This document shows, one piece after another, positions 1 to 9,594 of a stretch of 64,000 nucleotides of DNA (within the stretch, counting starts at the first letter, position 1; each line of letters begins with the position of its first letter). This DNA comes from an uncultured Candidatus Saccharibacteria bacterium (GTDB taxonomy: Bacteria > Patescibacteriota > Minisyncoccia > Phycocordibacterales > UBA9973). Location of the stretch: assembly GCA_964520225.1 (NCBI GenBank), contig CAZFNV010000004.1:14520-78519 (forward strand), given 5' to 3'. Both the position numbers and the translations under genes were made by a program. A model generated the notes under the pieces. It did no database searches and had not been told where the DNA came from. It was given only the letters and a program-made list of their open reading frames with translations.

Positions 1-210
1 AGGAGGCACCCGTCCTGATATGGAAGACTTTTGTGCCTCTACAATCTTAAGCGCTATGTCAGTGACCAGATTCTTCACATCTATCTTGTCTTGAAAGGCT
101 CCATAGTTGAATATCACAACCGCAGATAAAGTAGAGAAGATAGACAGAACCACTATTAGTTCTACATAGGTCATGCCTTTATTTTTATTTTTGAAATTTC
201 GTAAAATCAT
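1..210 (-). CDS. Minor type IV pilin/pseudopilin, partial (C-terminus lies beyond the window start)
   Basis: Minus-strand translation starts MILRNFKNKNKG|MTYVELIVVLSIFSTLSAVVIF. This is a class III prepilin leader ending in G, with Glu at +5 and a hydrophobic helix. Its ATG overlaps the pilD stop (ATGA). Confidence 0.6.
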   Translation of the reverse strand, partial: MILRNFKNKNKGMTYVELIVVLSIFSTLSAVVIFNYGAFQDKIDVKNLVTDIALKIVEAQKSSISGRVPP

Positions 211-992
211 ATAAAAAATAGTTGTAATTCCAAAACAAAAGCCAGAAATGAGCCGAGCACTAAAAAGGGTGCAAATGGAATCTCGCTTTTCAAGCCAAAC
301 CTTGGTTTAAGCGCGAGCAGAAAAACGCCAAATATAGCCCCTATCCAAAATGAAACAACAACACCGGAAAGAGCCTGCCCAATAGGTAAAAGCCAGCCGA
401 GGCCAATAGCGAGCTTGGCATCCCCGAATCCCATCCATTCCCCTCTAGAGAAAAACCAAAGCAAAGCAAAAGGCAAAGCCACTAAAGGACCAGACAATAT
501 CTCAAACAAAGACGGGATATGAAGACTCAAACTAAAATTCTTGAAAAGAAATAACGCCAGAAAAGCGCAAGTGCCGAAAATGACAACTAGATTGTCAGGT
601 ATTATCTTGTGGCGAATATCATATACGGCTATCACTAATAATAATAAGTAAGAGAGGGTGTAGAAAAAGTACGGAGCAAAAAAGGCGCCAGTATCTACAA
701 AAAAAATCTCCTGAAAATATAGAAACACCGAAGCGGAAATCACCCCGGCCATCAGTTCAACCAGCGGATACTGAGCAGAAAGTTTTATTTTACATTTACC
801 GCACCTGCCGCCAAGAAAAATAAAACTAAATACGGGTACAAGTTCCCAGAATCTTAATTTATGCAGACACGACATACAAGCGCTTCTGCCCCCTAGAGTC
901 TTACCGGTGTTATGCCTATATATCACAACATTCAAGAAGCTCCCGATGATAAGGCCGAAAACAAAGAAAGGAAAAGTGATAAGAGGAACCAT
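207..992 (-). CDS. pilD: Prepilin peptidase (A24 family, PilD-like)
   Basis: Polytopic membrane protein with an N-terminal CxxC...CxxC zinc motif (CMSCLHKL...CGKCKIKL) and conserved Asp-containing loops. It sits in the pilus operon. Confidence 0.85.
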   Translation of the reverse strand: MVPLITFPFFVFGLIIGSFLNVVIYRHNTGKTLGGRSACMSCLHKLRFWELVPVFSFIFLGGRCGKCKIKLSAQYPLVELMAGVISASVFLYFQEIFFVDTGAFFAPYFFYTLSYLLLLVIAVYDIRHKIIPDNLVVIFGTCAFLALFLFKNFSLSLHIPSLFEILSGPLVALPFALLWFFSRGEWMGFGDAKLAIGLGWLLPIGQALSGVVVSFWIGAIFGVFLLALKPRFGLKSEIPFAPFLVLGSFLAFVLELQLFFI

Positions 993-1002
993 AGTCTAAA
1001 AA

Positions 1003-1482
1003 TTATGGGCACACTGTAGCCCCTGCACTCATAGCTGTCGTGCCTATTTTTGTCGCTGCCGTAGAGTCAATGCAGATATATTGAGTTGCGTCTTCCTTAA
1101 GCTGAACCTGAGCTGCCCATGCTCCTACACTACTGCCCGCAGCACGAACAGGTGATATCTGAGCCAGATAGGCAAGAATTGCCTGGATATTTGAGTTTGC
1201 AGAAGCCCAAGTGTTATTGCTAGTAAATAAGTTATTGAAAGAATTGCCATTGTTGATGCCATAGAGTTCAGCTTCGGAGCGGAGAGAAGTCATTTGTGTT
1301 TTTATCGCTGAGTCTTCACCTTTCCTCCTAGCGCTAGTCAGCATTCCTACGACTACAGTGGCTAAAATACCTATAATGGCTACGACAACCAAAAGCTCTA
1401 TGAGGGTGAACCCGCCTCCCTTTGGGGTCACACCAAATTTTGGTGTGCGGGTAAAGCCTTTATTTTGTTTTAAATAGTTCAT
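1003..1482 (-). CDS. Type IV pilin-like protein (paralogue 2)
   Basis: KGFTLIELLVVVAIIGILA N-terminal methylation motif. The C-terminus ends ...ATVCP and carries a Cys pair. Confidence 0.8.
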   Translation of the reverse strand: MNYLKQNKGFTRTPKFGVTPKGGGFTLIELLVVVAIIGILATVVVGMLTSARRKGEDSAIKTQMTSLRSEAELYGINNGNSFNNLFTSNNTWASANSNIQAILAYLAQISPVRAAGSSVGAWAAQVQLKEDATQYICIDSTAATKIGTTAMSAGATVCP

Positions 1483-1538
1483 AAATTAAACGAGATCGCA
1501 TTATTGTAATATCTGAATTATATCATATAAAGACAAAT

Positions 1539-1572
1539 AAAAACCACTCCGACCTAAGCCGGAGTGGTTTTT
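1539..1572 (-). terminator. Rho-independent terminator after the major pilin gene
   Basis: 8-bp stem ccactccg/cggagtgg with an 8-nt loop, flanked by A and T runs. It lies immediately 3' of the pilin ORF on the minus strand. Confidence 0.5.
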
Positions 1573-1593
1573 ATAAGACAAACCAGTTAACCA

Positions 1594-2001
1594 CTAAGGG
1601 CAAACTGTTCCTGTTCCCAGGTCAGCAGCTGTTTGCTTTGAAGCACCAGTTGAATCTACGCACCAGAATTGACCTGCTGTTTTTAGAGCCACACCAGCAG
1701 CCCACGCAGAAGCGCTGTCGTTACAATCTGCAGTAGTGCCGCTCGCAGAACCAGCAGCAGCCACAGCAGCAGTCACGGTAGCGTTTGTACAAACATCATC
1801 ATAATCTCCGTCTGTGTCATATACCAACTCAGCTTGCGCGCGAACGTTTGCTAAGTTTGCTTTGATAGCAGCATCTGCGCCCTTGTTACGAGCGGAGTTA
1901 AGTGATGCAAGCACCACAGAAGCCAAAATACCGATGATAGCCACCACAACCAAAAGCTCTATCAATGTGAAACCTTTTTTAAGATTCATTTTCATAACCA
2001 A
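1594..2001 (-). CDS. Type IV pilin, probable major pilin
   Basis: KGFTLIELLVVVAIIGILA prepilin motif. Small Ala/Thr/Gly-rich globular domain with two Cys pairs, ending GTVCP. It is followed by its own terminator. Confidence 0.8.
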   Translation of the reverse strand: MVMKMNLKKGFTLIELLVVVAIIGILASVVLASLNSARNKGADAAIKANLANVRAQAELVYDTDGDYDDVCTNATVTAAVAAAGSASGTTADCNDSASAWAAGVALKTAGQFWCVDSTGASKQTAADLGTGTVCP

Positions 2002-2137
2002 TGATAATTTATAAAATTAATAATATTTATAATTCGACTTATTATTATACTTAAGCCAATTATACCATAGCCCACAATACCGCAAGCAAGTTATCCACAG
2101 ACGAGCCGTGCAGGCCAATCATCGCGAAGGTCCTATT

Positions 2138-3346
2138 TTACAAGATTCCTCCAGCCAAGTTGTAAATAGGTACCAATATAGACACTAGTAGTAAGCCGAC
2201 GCCTAGACCTAAAACCACTATCATAACCGGCTCGATAAGACCGACAAGGGTATCTACGGCATCATCCACCTCACGTTTATAGAAGTTGGTTAAGGTATTC
2301 AATATTACCCCGAGCGAACCCGTTTCCTCCCCCACCTTTATCATTTGCACCATTATAGCTGGTAGGCGGTCTGGATACTTGGCAAAGTTCACCGAAAGCG
2401 CAAGACCGGATTTGACTCCGTCCGTAACATCTTTGAGAATATTTTTATAAACATAGCTCCCCACCACTTCAGCGGTAATGTCGATCGCCCTGATTATCTG
2501 TACCCCTGAGGTAAGCATGATGTCTAGGTTGTCCGCAATACGAGATAAGTAAAGTTGTTTATATAGATTTCCCACATAAGGAATAGACAAGCGCACTCTA
2601 TCTAGATACATCTTGCCTTCTTCGGTAACAGCCATGCGCCAGAGCCAAAAACCAAGCAGAATCAAAAAGACAAAGAAGAAAATACCGTAGTTAACGAAAA
2701 GATCAGATATGGTTATAACTATTTTTGTATATACCGGAACTTCCTGCCCGGAATCTAATATGATTGCAGAGAGTTTCGGGATAACAATACCGAGCATAAG
2801 ACTCATCACCACGAAGAATGTAAAGATAACGAAGGCGGGATATATAAGTGCATTCTTGGTCTTGCTAGTAAGCGCGTACTGGCGATCTAGATATTCGGCA
2901 AGGTTTAGAAATATTTGATCGAGCTTACCTGTCTCCTCTCCAACTTTGACCATATTTAAATAGAAGTTAGAGAAAATATCCGGGTGTTTAGAAAGCGCGC
3001 CGGAAATAGATACGCCGGCCTTGAGGTCGTCACAGACTTGGTTGAGCTTACGTTGCAAAAACTTATTTTCAGAATTGTCGGCAAGCATCGTGAAAGCTTT
3101 CAAGGCAGAAACTTGAGCTTTAAACAACGTAGCAACCTGTCTTGATAAAATGACAACTTCTTTCCCGGAGACGCTTTCAAAGAAAGACATCTGCCATACA
3201 GATTTCTGCTCCGCAACTTCGTCGATAGACAAAATGACCAATCCGCGTCGCTGAAGACCGCTGATAGCCATGTCACGACTAGGCGCGTCTATTTCTCCGC
3301 TTTTGTTTATCCCCTCTCCATCTACTGCTTTGTATTGAAATAGCAT
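2138..3346 (-). CDS. pilC: Type IV pilus inner-membrane platform protein PilC (GspF family)
   Basis: Duplicated T2SS-F domains with 3 TM segments. About 400 aa, positioned between pilT and the pilins. Confidence 0.85.
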   Translation of the reverse strand: MLFQYKAVDGEGINKSGEIDAPSRDMAISGLQRRGLVILSIDEVAEQKSVWQMSFFESVSGKEVVILSRQVATLFKAQVSALKAFTMLADNSENKFLQRKLNQVCDDLKAGVSISGALSKHPDIFSNFYLNMVKVGEETGKLDQIFLNLAEYLDRQYALTSKTKNALIYPAFVIFTFFVVMSLMLGIVIPKLSAIILDSGQEVPVYTKIVITISDLFVNYGIFFFVFLILLGFWLWRMAVTEEGKMYLDRVRLSIPYVGNLYKQLYLSRIADNLDIMLTSGVQIIRAIDITAEVVGSYVYKNILKDVTDGVKSGLALSVNFAKYPDRLPAIMVQMIKVGEETGSLGVILNTLTNFYKREVDDAVDTLVGLIEPVMIVVLGLGVGLLLVSILVPIYNLAGGIL

Positions 3347-3353
3347 AAAATTT

Positions 3354-4412
3354 TTACATCATTCGCTCTAGGCCTTTAGGATTCAAAGAATATAAGTGAG
3401 CGCTCTCAATCGATATTTCTCCCGCTCGCACAAGCTCCATCAGCGAGTGGTTGAGGTCGATCATCCCAGATTCTGAACCTGTTTCTATAACTACGTCTAT
3501 CTCATGGGTGCGCTTCTCGCGGATTAGATTTGCTACAGCGTTGTTGTTAAGTAGTAACTCATACGCTGGCACAAGGCCACCAGCGATGCGCGGTATCAAT
3601 CTCTGAGAGAGTATACCCAACAAGCTCGAAGAGAGCTGGGCGCGTATTTGATTCTGCTGGTCTCCCGGGAAAGAATCAATGATGCGGTCAATGGTTTGAG
3701 ATGCGTTGTTGGTATGAAGCGTTGAGAACACGAGGTGCCCCGTTTCCGCAGCCGTAACTGCTGTAGCTATGGTCTCTGGATTACGCATCTCACCTATCAT
3801 TATCACATTCACGTCTTCACGAAAAACTGATTTCAGTGCCACATGAAAATCTTTGGTATCAATACCGACTTCTCGCTGATTGATAATGGATTTGTTCGGT
3901 GTATACACATGTTCGATAGGATCCTCGATAGTCATTATGTTGCGAGTCTGCTCATTGTTGATCAAGTCAATCATCGAAGATATGGTGGTTGACTTACCTT
4001 GCCCCACTGGACCAACCACCAAGAAAAAGCCTTGTTTCTTGCGTGATATTTCTGCCAATATTGGAGGTAGCCGTAACTCTTTAAGAGTTTTCACTGGGGG
4101 TATGAGTCGAAGTGAAATATTAGCTAGACCTTTCTGGAAAAAAGCATTACCCCTGAGTCTAGCTTGCCCTTTGAAGTCATATGAGAAATCCGCTTCTTTC
4201 TCTACTAAAAACGTGTTTACTTTTTCTTCGCCGATAAACTCCTGCAAGATACCCAGCACATCTTCGTGGGTAAGCGCTGGATGTTTGACTAAGAAAATAA
4301 GTTCACCCTCAACACGCACTGCTGGTGCACGCCCTGCGCCTAAGTGCAAGTCAGACCCTCCCTCACGGATAACTATTAAAATAAGTTCTTCTAATTTTTG
4401 TTTGTAATCCAT
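3354..4412 (-). CDS. pilT: Twitching-motility retraction ATPase PilT
   Basis: Walker A GPVGQGKSTT, Asp box and His box of secretion ATPases. About 350 aa and lacks the N-terminal GSPII_E_N domain. Confidence 0.85.
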   Translation of the reverse strand: MDYKQKLEELILIVIREGGSDLHLGAGRAPAVRVEGELIFLVKHPALTHEDVLGILQEFIGEEKVNTFLVEKEADFSYDFKGQARLRGNAFFQKGLANISLRLIPPVKTLKELRLPPILAEISRKKQGFFLVVGPVGQGKSTTISSMIDLINNEQTRNIMTIEDPIEHVYTPNKSIINQREVGIDTKDFHVALKSVFREDVNVIMIGEMRNPETIATAVTAAETGHLVFSTLHTNNASQTIDRIIDSFPGDQQNQIRAQLSSSLLGILSQRLIPRIAGGLVPAYELLLNNNAVANLIREKRTHEIDVVIETGSESGMIDLNHSLMELVRAGEISIESAHLYSLNPKGLERMM

Positions 4413-4414
4413 AT

Positions 4415-4822
4415 TTATTGAATCTGCTCTTTATTTATTTTGGTTGACAATATATCTAACACCTGACCTATAACTTCAGCGGGTGTGGAGTTAGCTTTAA
4501 CAATATACCCAGCCACGCCGAGCGCGGCACCTCTCGCAATATCGGCTTGTTCGTGCTTATTGGACAAAACTAGCTTAATTGAATTTGATAACAATTTATC
4601 CTGACTGAGTTTCTCCAGCATCTCAAAACCATCCATTTCCGGCATTAAAATATCTGTCATGATTACATCAGGTGTTAAGCCTTCTTTGATTTTTTTGATA
4701 GCCTCTGCCCCATTTAACGCTGTATGAACAGCGAAATTATTCTGGCTGAATTTAAGCGCGTACATATCTAGCAGAAAGCTGTCGTCATCAACTATTAGAA
4801 TTGTCTTTTTCTCTCCTTCCAT
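4415..4822 (-). CDS. Single-domain response regulator (CheY-like REC)
   Basis: ILIVDDD...D...MTDILMPEMDG...K: acidic pocket, phospho-acceptor Asp and conserved Lys. Only 135 aa, with no output domain. Confidence 0.8.
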   Translation of the reverse strand: MEGEKKTILIVDDDSFLLDMYALKFSQNNFAVHTALNGAEAIKKIKEGLTPDVIMTDILMPEMDGFEMLEKLSQDKLLSNSIKLVLSNKHEQADIARGAALGVAGYIVKANSTPAEVIGQVLDILSTKINKEQIQ

Positions 4823-4839
4823 GTACTCCTTATTATATC

Positions 4840-6591
4840 TTATTCGTTCTCGTTGGTAAAATTATATATTTCTCTGTGTGGTATTATGCCTGACATAGCT
4901 TTCAGTATCGCATCCTCTCGCATCGTAAGCATACCCTTACTTCGCGCAACCTTGTAAATGGCTTCATTGGTGGGAGTTTTGAGTATTGTCGCCGCCATTT
5001 CTTTGTCAACTTTAAACATTTCAAAAATAGCCACTCGCCCCTTAACCCCAGACGGGCACTCAGGTGACGGTACGGCTTCGAATATTTCGTTTTTAATTGG
5101 TAGATTCTTACGGAACTCTTCAGGTAAGTCTCTGAATTGATCTTCGATCTGCATTTTCAGACTCTCGTCAATTGGAACTGACTTTTTAGATGTTGGATAT
5201 ATGGTCTGCGCCAATCTTTGCGCTACAGAGAGAATAAGTGTAGGCGCGATAAGATAAGGGTCCACTCCCATATCTACCAATCTCGGTACAGCACCTATCG
5301 CGTTGTTGGTGTGGAGTGTTGAAAAAACAAGGTGGCCAGTAAGAGCTGCTTGGATAGCGAGCTGAGCTGTCTCTTTGTCTCGTATTTCTCCAATCATCAC
5401 GATATCTGGGTCTTGACGAAGAATAGAACGAAGTCCAGTAGCAAAAGTATAGCCTATTTCTGGTACAACTTGCGACTGGTTTATGTTTGGTATGTGATAC
5501 TCTACCGGATCCTCTAGTGATACTATGTTATTCTTTTCCTTATCTAGCTCGTTGATCATGGAATATAGAGTAGTTGATTTACCCGACCCGGTCGGACCAG
5601 TAACAAGTATAATACCGTAAGGTTTAGCTATAGCACTTCGAATCATATTTAAATTGACCTCTGAAAGCCCTAACTCGTCCAGAGGCTTAACCCCTTTATC
5701 GGAATCTAAAATACGCAAAACCACCTTCTCGCCATAGTAAGCAGGCATAGTAGAAACACGAAAATCAATCTTGCGTCCATCAATGTTGGTGCTAAAGGAT
5801 CCGTCTTGAGGTTTGCGTTTTTCGTCTAGACGTAACTTGGCTAGAATTTTTATGCGCGCGACCACCCCGCTGTATACATTTAGAGGCAGAACAATCCCCG
5901 TGTATAGCGAACCGTCTACACGGTAACGCACTTTCACCTTATCTTCCCCCGCCTCAATATGTATGTCGGAACAGTTGCCTTCGATGGCATTACGCAGAAT
6001 AACTGCCACTATCTTGATTACCGGCGCGTCTTCTACCATTTTTGACTCCTCGCCAGGCTTGATATCTTTGAGTTCCTTACTAAGATTCTCCTCGTTCAAA
6101 CCCTTAAGTTCGATAGAGCCAGTATCCTCATCCATCTCGTCTAGTGCTTGGTCAATCTGATTATTTGTGCCCTTATAAGTTTCCATTACGCTCTCATAAG
6201 CGCTCTTGGTGATCAGAAATATCTTGAACGGTATGCCGATCTTGGAAGATATGAACTGTACCGCATCCATAGCCTCTGTACTGCTCGGGTCCACAACACC
6301 GATAGAAAGAACACCGTCCTTAAGCTCAATCGGAACTACTCCATAATGCCTAGCCGAATCTTCAGAAATATATTTTAGCACTCCGAAAGACATCGTTTGT
6401 AGGTCGATTTTTTTTGTTGGAATTTTGAAAAAAGCACCCTTGGCATCAAGTATTGCGTCTTCAGGGACACCAGAAGCTACCAAGGCTTCGTCTATGTCGC
6501 CCCCATATCTTTTGTCCGCACGGGCCCTAATCTCACTGATCTGCCCTTCGGTGAGTAAACCTTTTTTGCTTAATTCTTCTAAAAAACTCAT
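4840..6591 (-). CDS. pilB: Type IV pilus assembly ATPase PilB (GspE family)
   Basis: N-terminal GSPII_E_N-like domain, Walker A GPTGSGKSTT, a CxxC-type tetracysteine region and the His box. Confidence 0.9.
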   Translation of the reverse strand: MSFLEELSKKGLLTEGQISEIRARADKRYGGDIDEALVASGVPEDAILDAKGAFFKIPTKKIDLQTMSFGVLKYISEDSARHYGVVPIELKDGVLSIGVVDPSSTEAMDAVQFISSKIGIPFKIFLITKSAYESVMETYKGTNNQIDQALDEMDEDTGSIELKGLNEENLSKELKDIKPGEESKMVEDAPVIKIVAVILRNAIEGNCSDIHIEAGEDKVKVRYRVDGSLYTGIVLPLNVYSGVVARIKILAKLRLDEKRKPQDGSFSTNIDGRKIDFRVSTMPAYYGEKVVLRILDSDKGVKPLDELGLSEVNLNMIRSAIAKPYGIILVTGPTGSGKSTTLYSMINELDKEKNNIVSLEDPVEYHIPNINQSQVVPEIGYTFATGLRSILRQDPDIVMIGEIRDKETAQLAIQAALTGHLVFSTLHTNNAIGAVPRLVDMGVDPYLIAPTLILSVAQRLAQTIYPTSKKSVPIDESLKMQIEDQFRDLPEEFRKNLPIKNEIFEAVPSPECPSGVKGRVAIFEMFKVDKEMAATILKTPTNEAIYKVARSKGMLTMREDAILKAMSGIIPHREIYNFTNENE

Positions 6592-6599
6592 AGTTAAAT

Positions 6600-7154
6600 T
6601 TATTGCTGAGGTGCTGGCGCAGCTGGAGGTACTGGGGATACCGGTTCAGTGGTTCCAGATGGTGTAGTCGGAGTATCTGTGTTTTCTTCCTCAACTCCTG
6701 CAGCAGGAACAAGATCTTCTGGCATTGATTCTGGCTCAAGACCCGTGGTTTCGCTCGGGACTTGCGGCAAAGGTGGCAAAGTCTCAAAAGGAGAAATCTG
6801 TGAACTGTCAGTACCGAACTGTGCAAAAGGATTAGGACGCCCTTCGCTCCCCTCGGGGAATATAACTATAGTCGAATCTTGTAAACTCGTAAAAGCCACA
6901 TCAGAAAAAATACCGTCGTTCAGCCTGATATTTTTCACACTAAGCAAAAGGGACAGAAAATCTTGCGCCAGGGGGTCATCATTGGAAACTCGAAGCGGAA
7001 TGGGGTTAGATGTGGAGTTAACGCCACCGTCAGTGGGCGCATTTCCGCCAGAAGATATAAGACTGGTTGCTGGACCAGAATTTTGAACAAAGTAAAAGTA
7101 CCCGCCTGTCACCGCAAGAGCTATTATCAAAAAAATTAAAAAGTTTCTAATCAT
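6600..7154 (-). CDS. Pilus-operon membrane protein (PilP-like position), Pro/Thr-rich C-terminus
   Basis: N-terminal TM helix, a small domain and a PT-rich tail. The PilP-like assignment is by operon position only. Confidence 0.35.
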   Translation of the reverse strand: MIRNFLIFLIIALAVTGGYFYFVQNSGPATSLISSGGNAPTDGGVNSTSNPIPLRVSNDDPLAQDFLSLLLSVKNIRLNDGIFSDVAFTSLQDSTIVIFPEGSEGRPNPFAQFGTDSSQISPFETLPPLPQVPSETTGLEPESMPEDLVPAAGVEEENTDTPTTPSGTTEPVSPVPPAAPAPQQ

Positions 7155-7157
7155 TGC

Positions 7158-7745
7158 TTAATTCTTTAACCAGTAGGTTTTAATTTTATAAGCAAAACGG
7201 TAAACTTCCGTAGGCGAACCAGGGGTTGTGCTACTGACAGAAGAAAACTGAAGAGAAGCAATGTCGACTATGCGCAGATTATTCTCCAGACTTTTTGTAA
7301 AATTCACTAGATTATTATAACTACCGGTCACAGAGAACTCTAGCTCCCAAGCCTCGTAGCCCTTGCCTCCCTGTTCCACTCTGGCAGAGCTATTCGCAAT
7401 ACCGCTTGCTGGAGCCTCTTCCTTCACTGTACTGTATTGCACATCTTTGAGCACCATATTGTACGGCAACGCCAACTTCTCTATCTCAAGCACAAGACGA
7501 ATGTTATCCACACTGTCTGGCAACATCCTTTTTATCTTGGCTAAATTTTCTGCGCTAATAGTGTTATATTTTGCTGCTAATTTGTCTCGCTCATTCTCTA
7601 GATCTTTAGAATTGCTTAAAGCTTCGTTGTAAGCAGACACTTTATCTTGCAGGCCTTGTATGTCACCATAAAATGGCATTGCAAACATCGTAAAAACTCC
7701 GACAGCTAGAGCTATTAAAATAATTGAGGTGAGATAACGAAACAT
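7158..7745 (-). CDS. PilO-like pilus assembly protein
   Basis: N-terminal TM helix, then a coiled coil, then an alpha/beta domain. Operon position lies between the PilN-like and PilP-like genes. Confidence 0.5.
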   Translation of the reverse strand: MFRYLTSIILIALAVGVFTMFAMPFYGDIQGLQDKVSAYNEALSNSKDLENERDKLAAKYNTISAENLAKIKRMLPDSVDNIRLVLEIEKLALPYNMVLKDVQYSTVKEEAPASGIANSSARVEQGGKGYEAWELEFSVTGSYNNLVNFTKSLENNLRIVDIASLQFSSVSSTTPGSPTEVYRFAYKIKTYWLKN

Positions 7746-7748
7746 ATA

Positions 7749-8357
7749 TTAAAAGCTTATACCGTTTTTAGTAAGAATATTCTGCCTGTAGTTTATAAAA
7801 CTCTCATCGACCGAAAAACTAAGATCGAAACGCACGTTCCCCTTCTCATCTAGCTGAAGATTCGAAAAAATCGGGTTAATAAATTTCTTATTTGCCGAAA
7901 ACAAATCCGCCTGGAGAGCCACACTTCGATAGCCTATAGCCACGCCTTTCATATTTACAGTCACTCTCGGAACAGTTTCGGTCGGCTCGCTATAATCAAA
8001 AGAAGTAAAACGCACGGTCTTCATGGTTGTATTAGATAACTCTTCGAATATCGGAGTAACCATCGTATGCCTCGATAAAATTTCGCTCGCGGCGTTGAGG
8101 CGCCTATCTAGCTCCTCAAGCTCGGCTATTTTTGCAGGCTCGAAACGATTCTTAGCACGATTTAAATTGCCTTCCATTTCCGTAATATTTTTTGCCAAGA
8201 CGCCTTTATAAAAATATAGTCCGCCAGTTCCTATCACCACCGCAAACAAAATAAGCATTCCAACCACGGTCGAAAAACCAATGGAGCTCGGCATAGCTAC
8301 GCGCTCTTTGACTATAGTTCGTTTAGGTATAAATGATGTTTGGAAGTTTTGCTCCAT
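7749..8357 (-). CDS. PilN-like pilus assembly protein
   Basis: Short cytoplasmic N-terminus, one TM helix, coiled coil. Immediately downstream of pilM. Confidence 0.5.
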   Translation of the reverse strand: MEQNFQTSFIPKRTIVKERVAMPSSIGFSTVVGMLILFAVVIGTGGLYFYKGVLAKNITEMEGNLNRAKNRFEPAKIAELEELDRRLNAASEILSRHTMVTPIFEELSNTTMKTVRFTSFDYSEPTETVPRVTVNMKGVAIGYRSVALQADLFSANKKFINPIFSNLQLDEKGNVRFDLSFSVDESFINYRQNILTKNGISF

Positions 8358-8379
8358 CCTTACATTATATTATCTCAGT

Positions 8380-9594
8380 TTATTGTAATTTACGCAATGC
8401 TAATCCTATCGCTACGGCAAATTCTGGACCAACATTGTCTAAAACCTTGCCTAAAAAGGCTGGTGCGCCGACTTTATTAAACGGATGGCCGACACTAACT
8501 TCCGCGCGGAAGTTGCTTGTGGCCACTTCTTTGAGGCCTTTCATGAGCGCGCCACCTCCAGTAAAAATAACTTTGCTGATTATGCGATTATGCTTCTTCT
8601 CGTAATTCAAAAGTACATTGTTGGCTTCGTTGAATATATAATCTGTATGGAGTTCTATGGTTTCCGCAAGATTTTTATCTCCAGGATTACCAAGAAGCCC
8701 GAACTCTTTTTTCATTTTTTCAGCTTCAGCAAAAGGAACACTGAGAGACTTGGCTAAAGACTCGGTAATGTCTGCCCCGCCCCGCTCAATCGAGTGAAAA
8801 CTTTTTAACATTCCGAATTCAACTATAGAAACTTTGGTGCGTGAAGCTCCAAAATCAATCAGCATAACTGGAGACAGTTCATGCTCGAAGTTAGAACGAA
8901 TCGACGAAAAAACTTCAATCTCAAAGAATGAGGCTTCCTGCTTGCTTTGCGATAGTATCGAGCGATACCGAGCGGCGGCATCATTCTGCGTAGCCACCAC
9001 CAGAACACTGGTTTTCTCTTTAGAAGACCCGCTCGTGTCTTGCGTAACCCCTGTATTCATTTCTTCAAAAGAAAGTTCTTTTTTAGGAAAAACAAAATAG
9101 TCGAGCGACACCTCACTGATAGGCACAGGAATGTAACGTCGCGCCTCTGTCGGAACAATGGTAGCTATCTCCTCTTCTTTTATTTGTGCTGGAAGCTCGA
9201 GATTGAAAATCAAACATAGTTGCACCGGAATGGCAACAGCAAGCCCCGCAGGAGTAGCGCCGGACTGTTTAAGCACTTCGCTGAGAGCTTCAGCCGCCTT
9301 CTCTACGGGAAGGTTCGTGGTTGTACCAGCTGGTAAAGACGAATAAGGGCCAAGAGCAATAGCTCCATAGGTTTCTAATACCACTCTTCCGCTTTTCTTT
9401 CTGATCTCTACGATCTTTATCGCTGAAGAACCGATATCGACACCGATAGCGATTGTATTATTATCTGATGCGCCCGAAACACTAGCCACCTTGCTAAAAA
9501 TGCCTTTAAATGGATTATTCATGTCCTGATTGTTCCGCTTCATGCTAAAATAGCTATTAGTAATTATAGCATATATGGGTTTATTAGACACCAT
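8380..9594 (-). CDS. pilM: Type IV pilus assembly protein PilM (actin-like ATPase fold)
   Basis: IGVDIGSSAIKIVEI N-terminal phosphate-1 motif and FtsA/PilM-like architecture. The true start is probably an internal Met (MKRNN or MNNPF). Confidence 0.8.
   Translation of the reverse strand: MVSNKPIYAIITNSYFSMKRNNQDMNNPFKGIFSKVASVSGASDNNTIAIGVDIGSSAIKIVEIRKKSGRVVLETYGAIALGPYSSLPAGTTTNLPVEKAAEALSEVLKQSGATPAGLAVAIPVQLCLIFNLELPAQIKEEEIATIVPTEARRYIPVPISEVSLDYFVFPKKELSFEEMNTGVTQDTSGSSKEKTSVLVVATQNDAAARYRSILSQSKQEASFFEIEVFSSIRSNFEHELSPVMLIDFGASRTKVSIVEFGMLKSFHSIERGGADITESLAKSLSVPFAEAEKMKKEFGLLGNPGDKNLAETIELHTDYIFNEANNVLLNYEKKHNRIISKVIFTGGGALMKGLKEVATSNFRAEVSVGHPFNKVGAPAFLGKVLDNVGPEFAVAIGLALRKLQ

Noticed and set aside
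1003-2001. Repeated ~60-bp identical segments at the pilin 5' ends
   Set aside because: These are paralogous conserved prepilin N-termini, not CRISPR or dispersed repeats. No CRISPR array, transposase or integrase was seen anywhere in the window.
3880-4407. 175-aa plus-strand ORF
   Set aside because: Entirely antisense to pilT, Ser/Pro-rich low-complexity translation with no motif. An artefact of the opposite coding strand.
6533-7086. 97-aa minus-strand and 145-aa plus-strand ORFs overlapping the PilP-like gene
   Set aside because: Alternative-frame translations of the Pro/Thr-rich repeat region.
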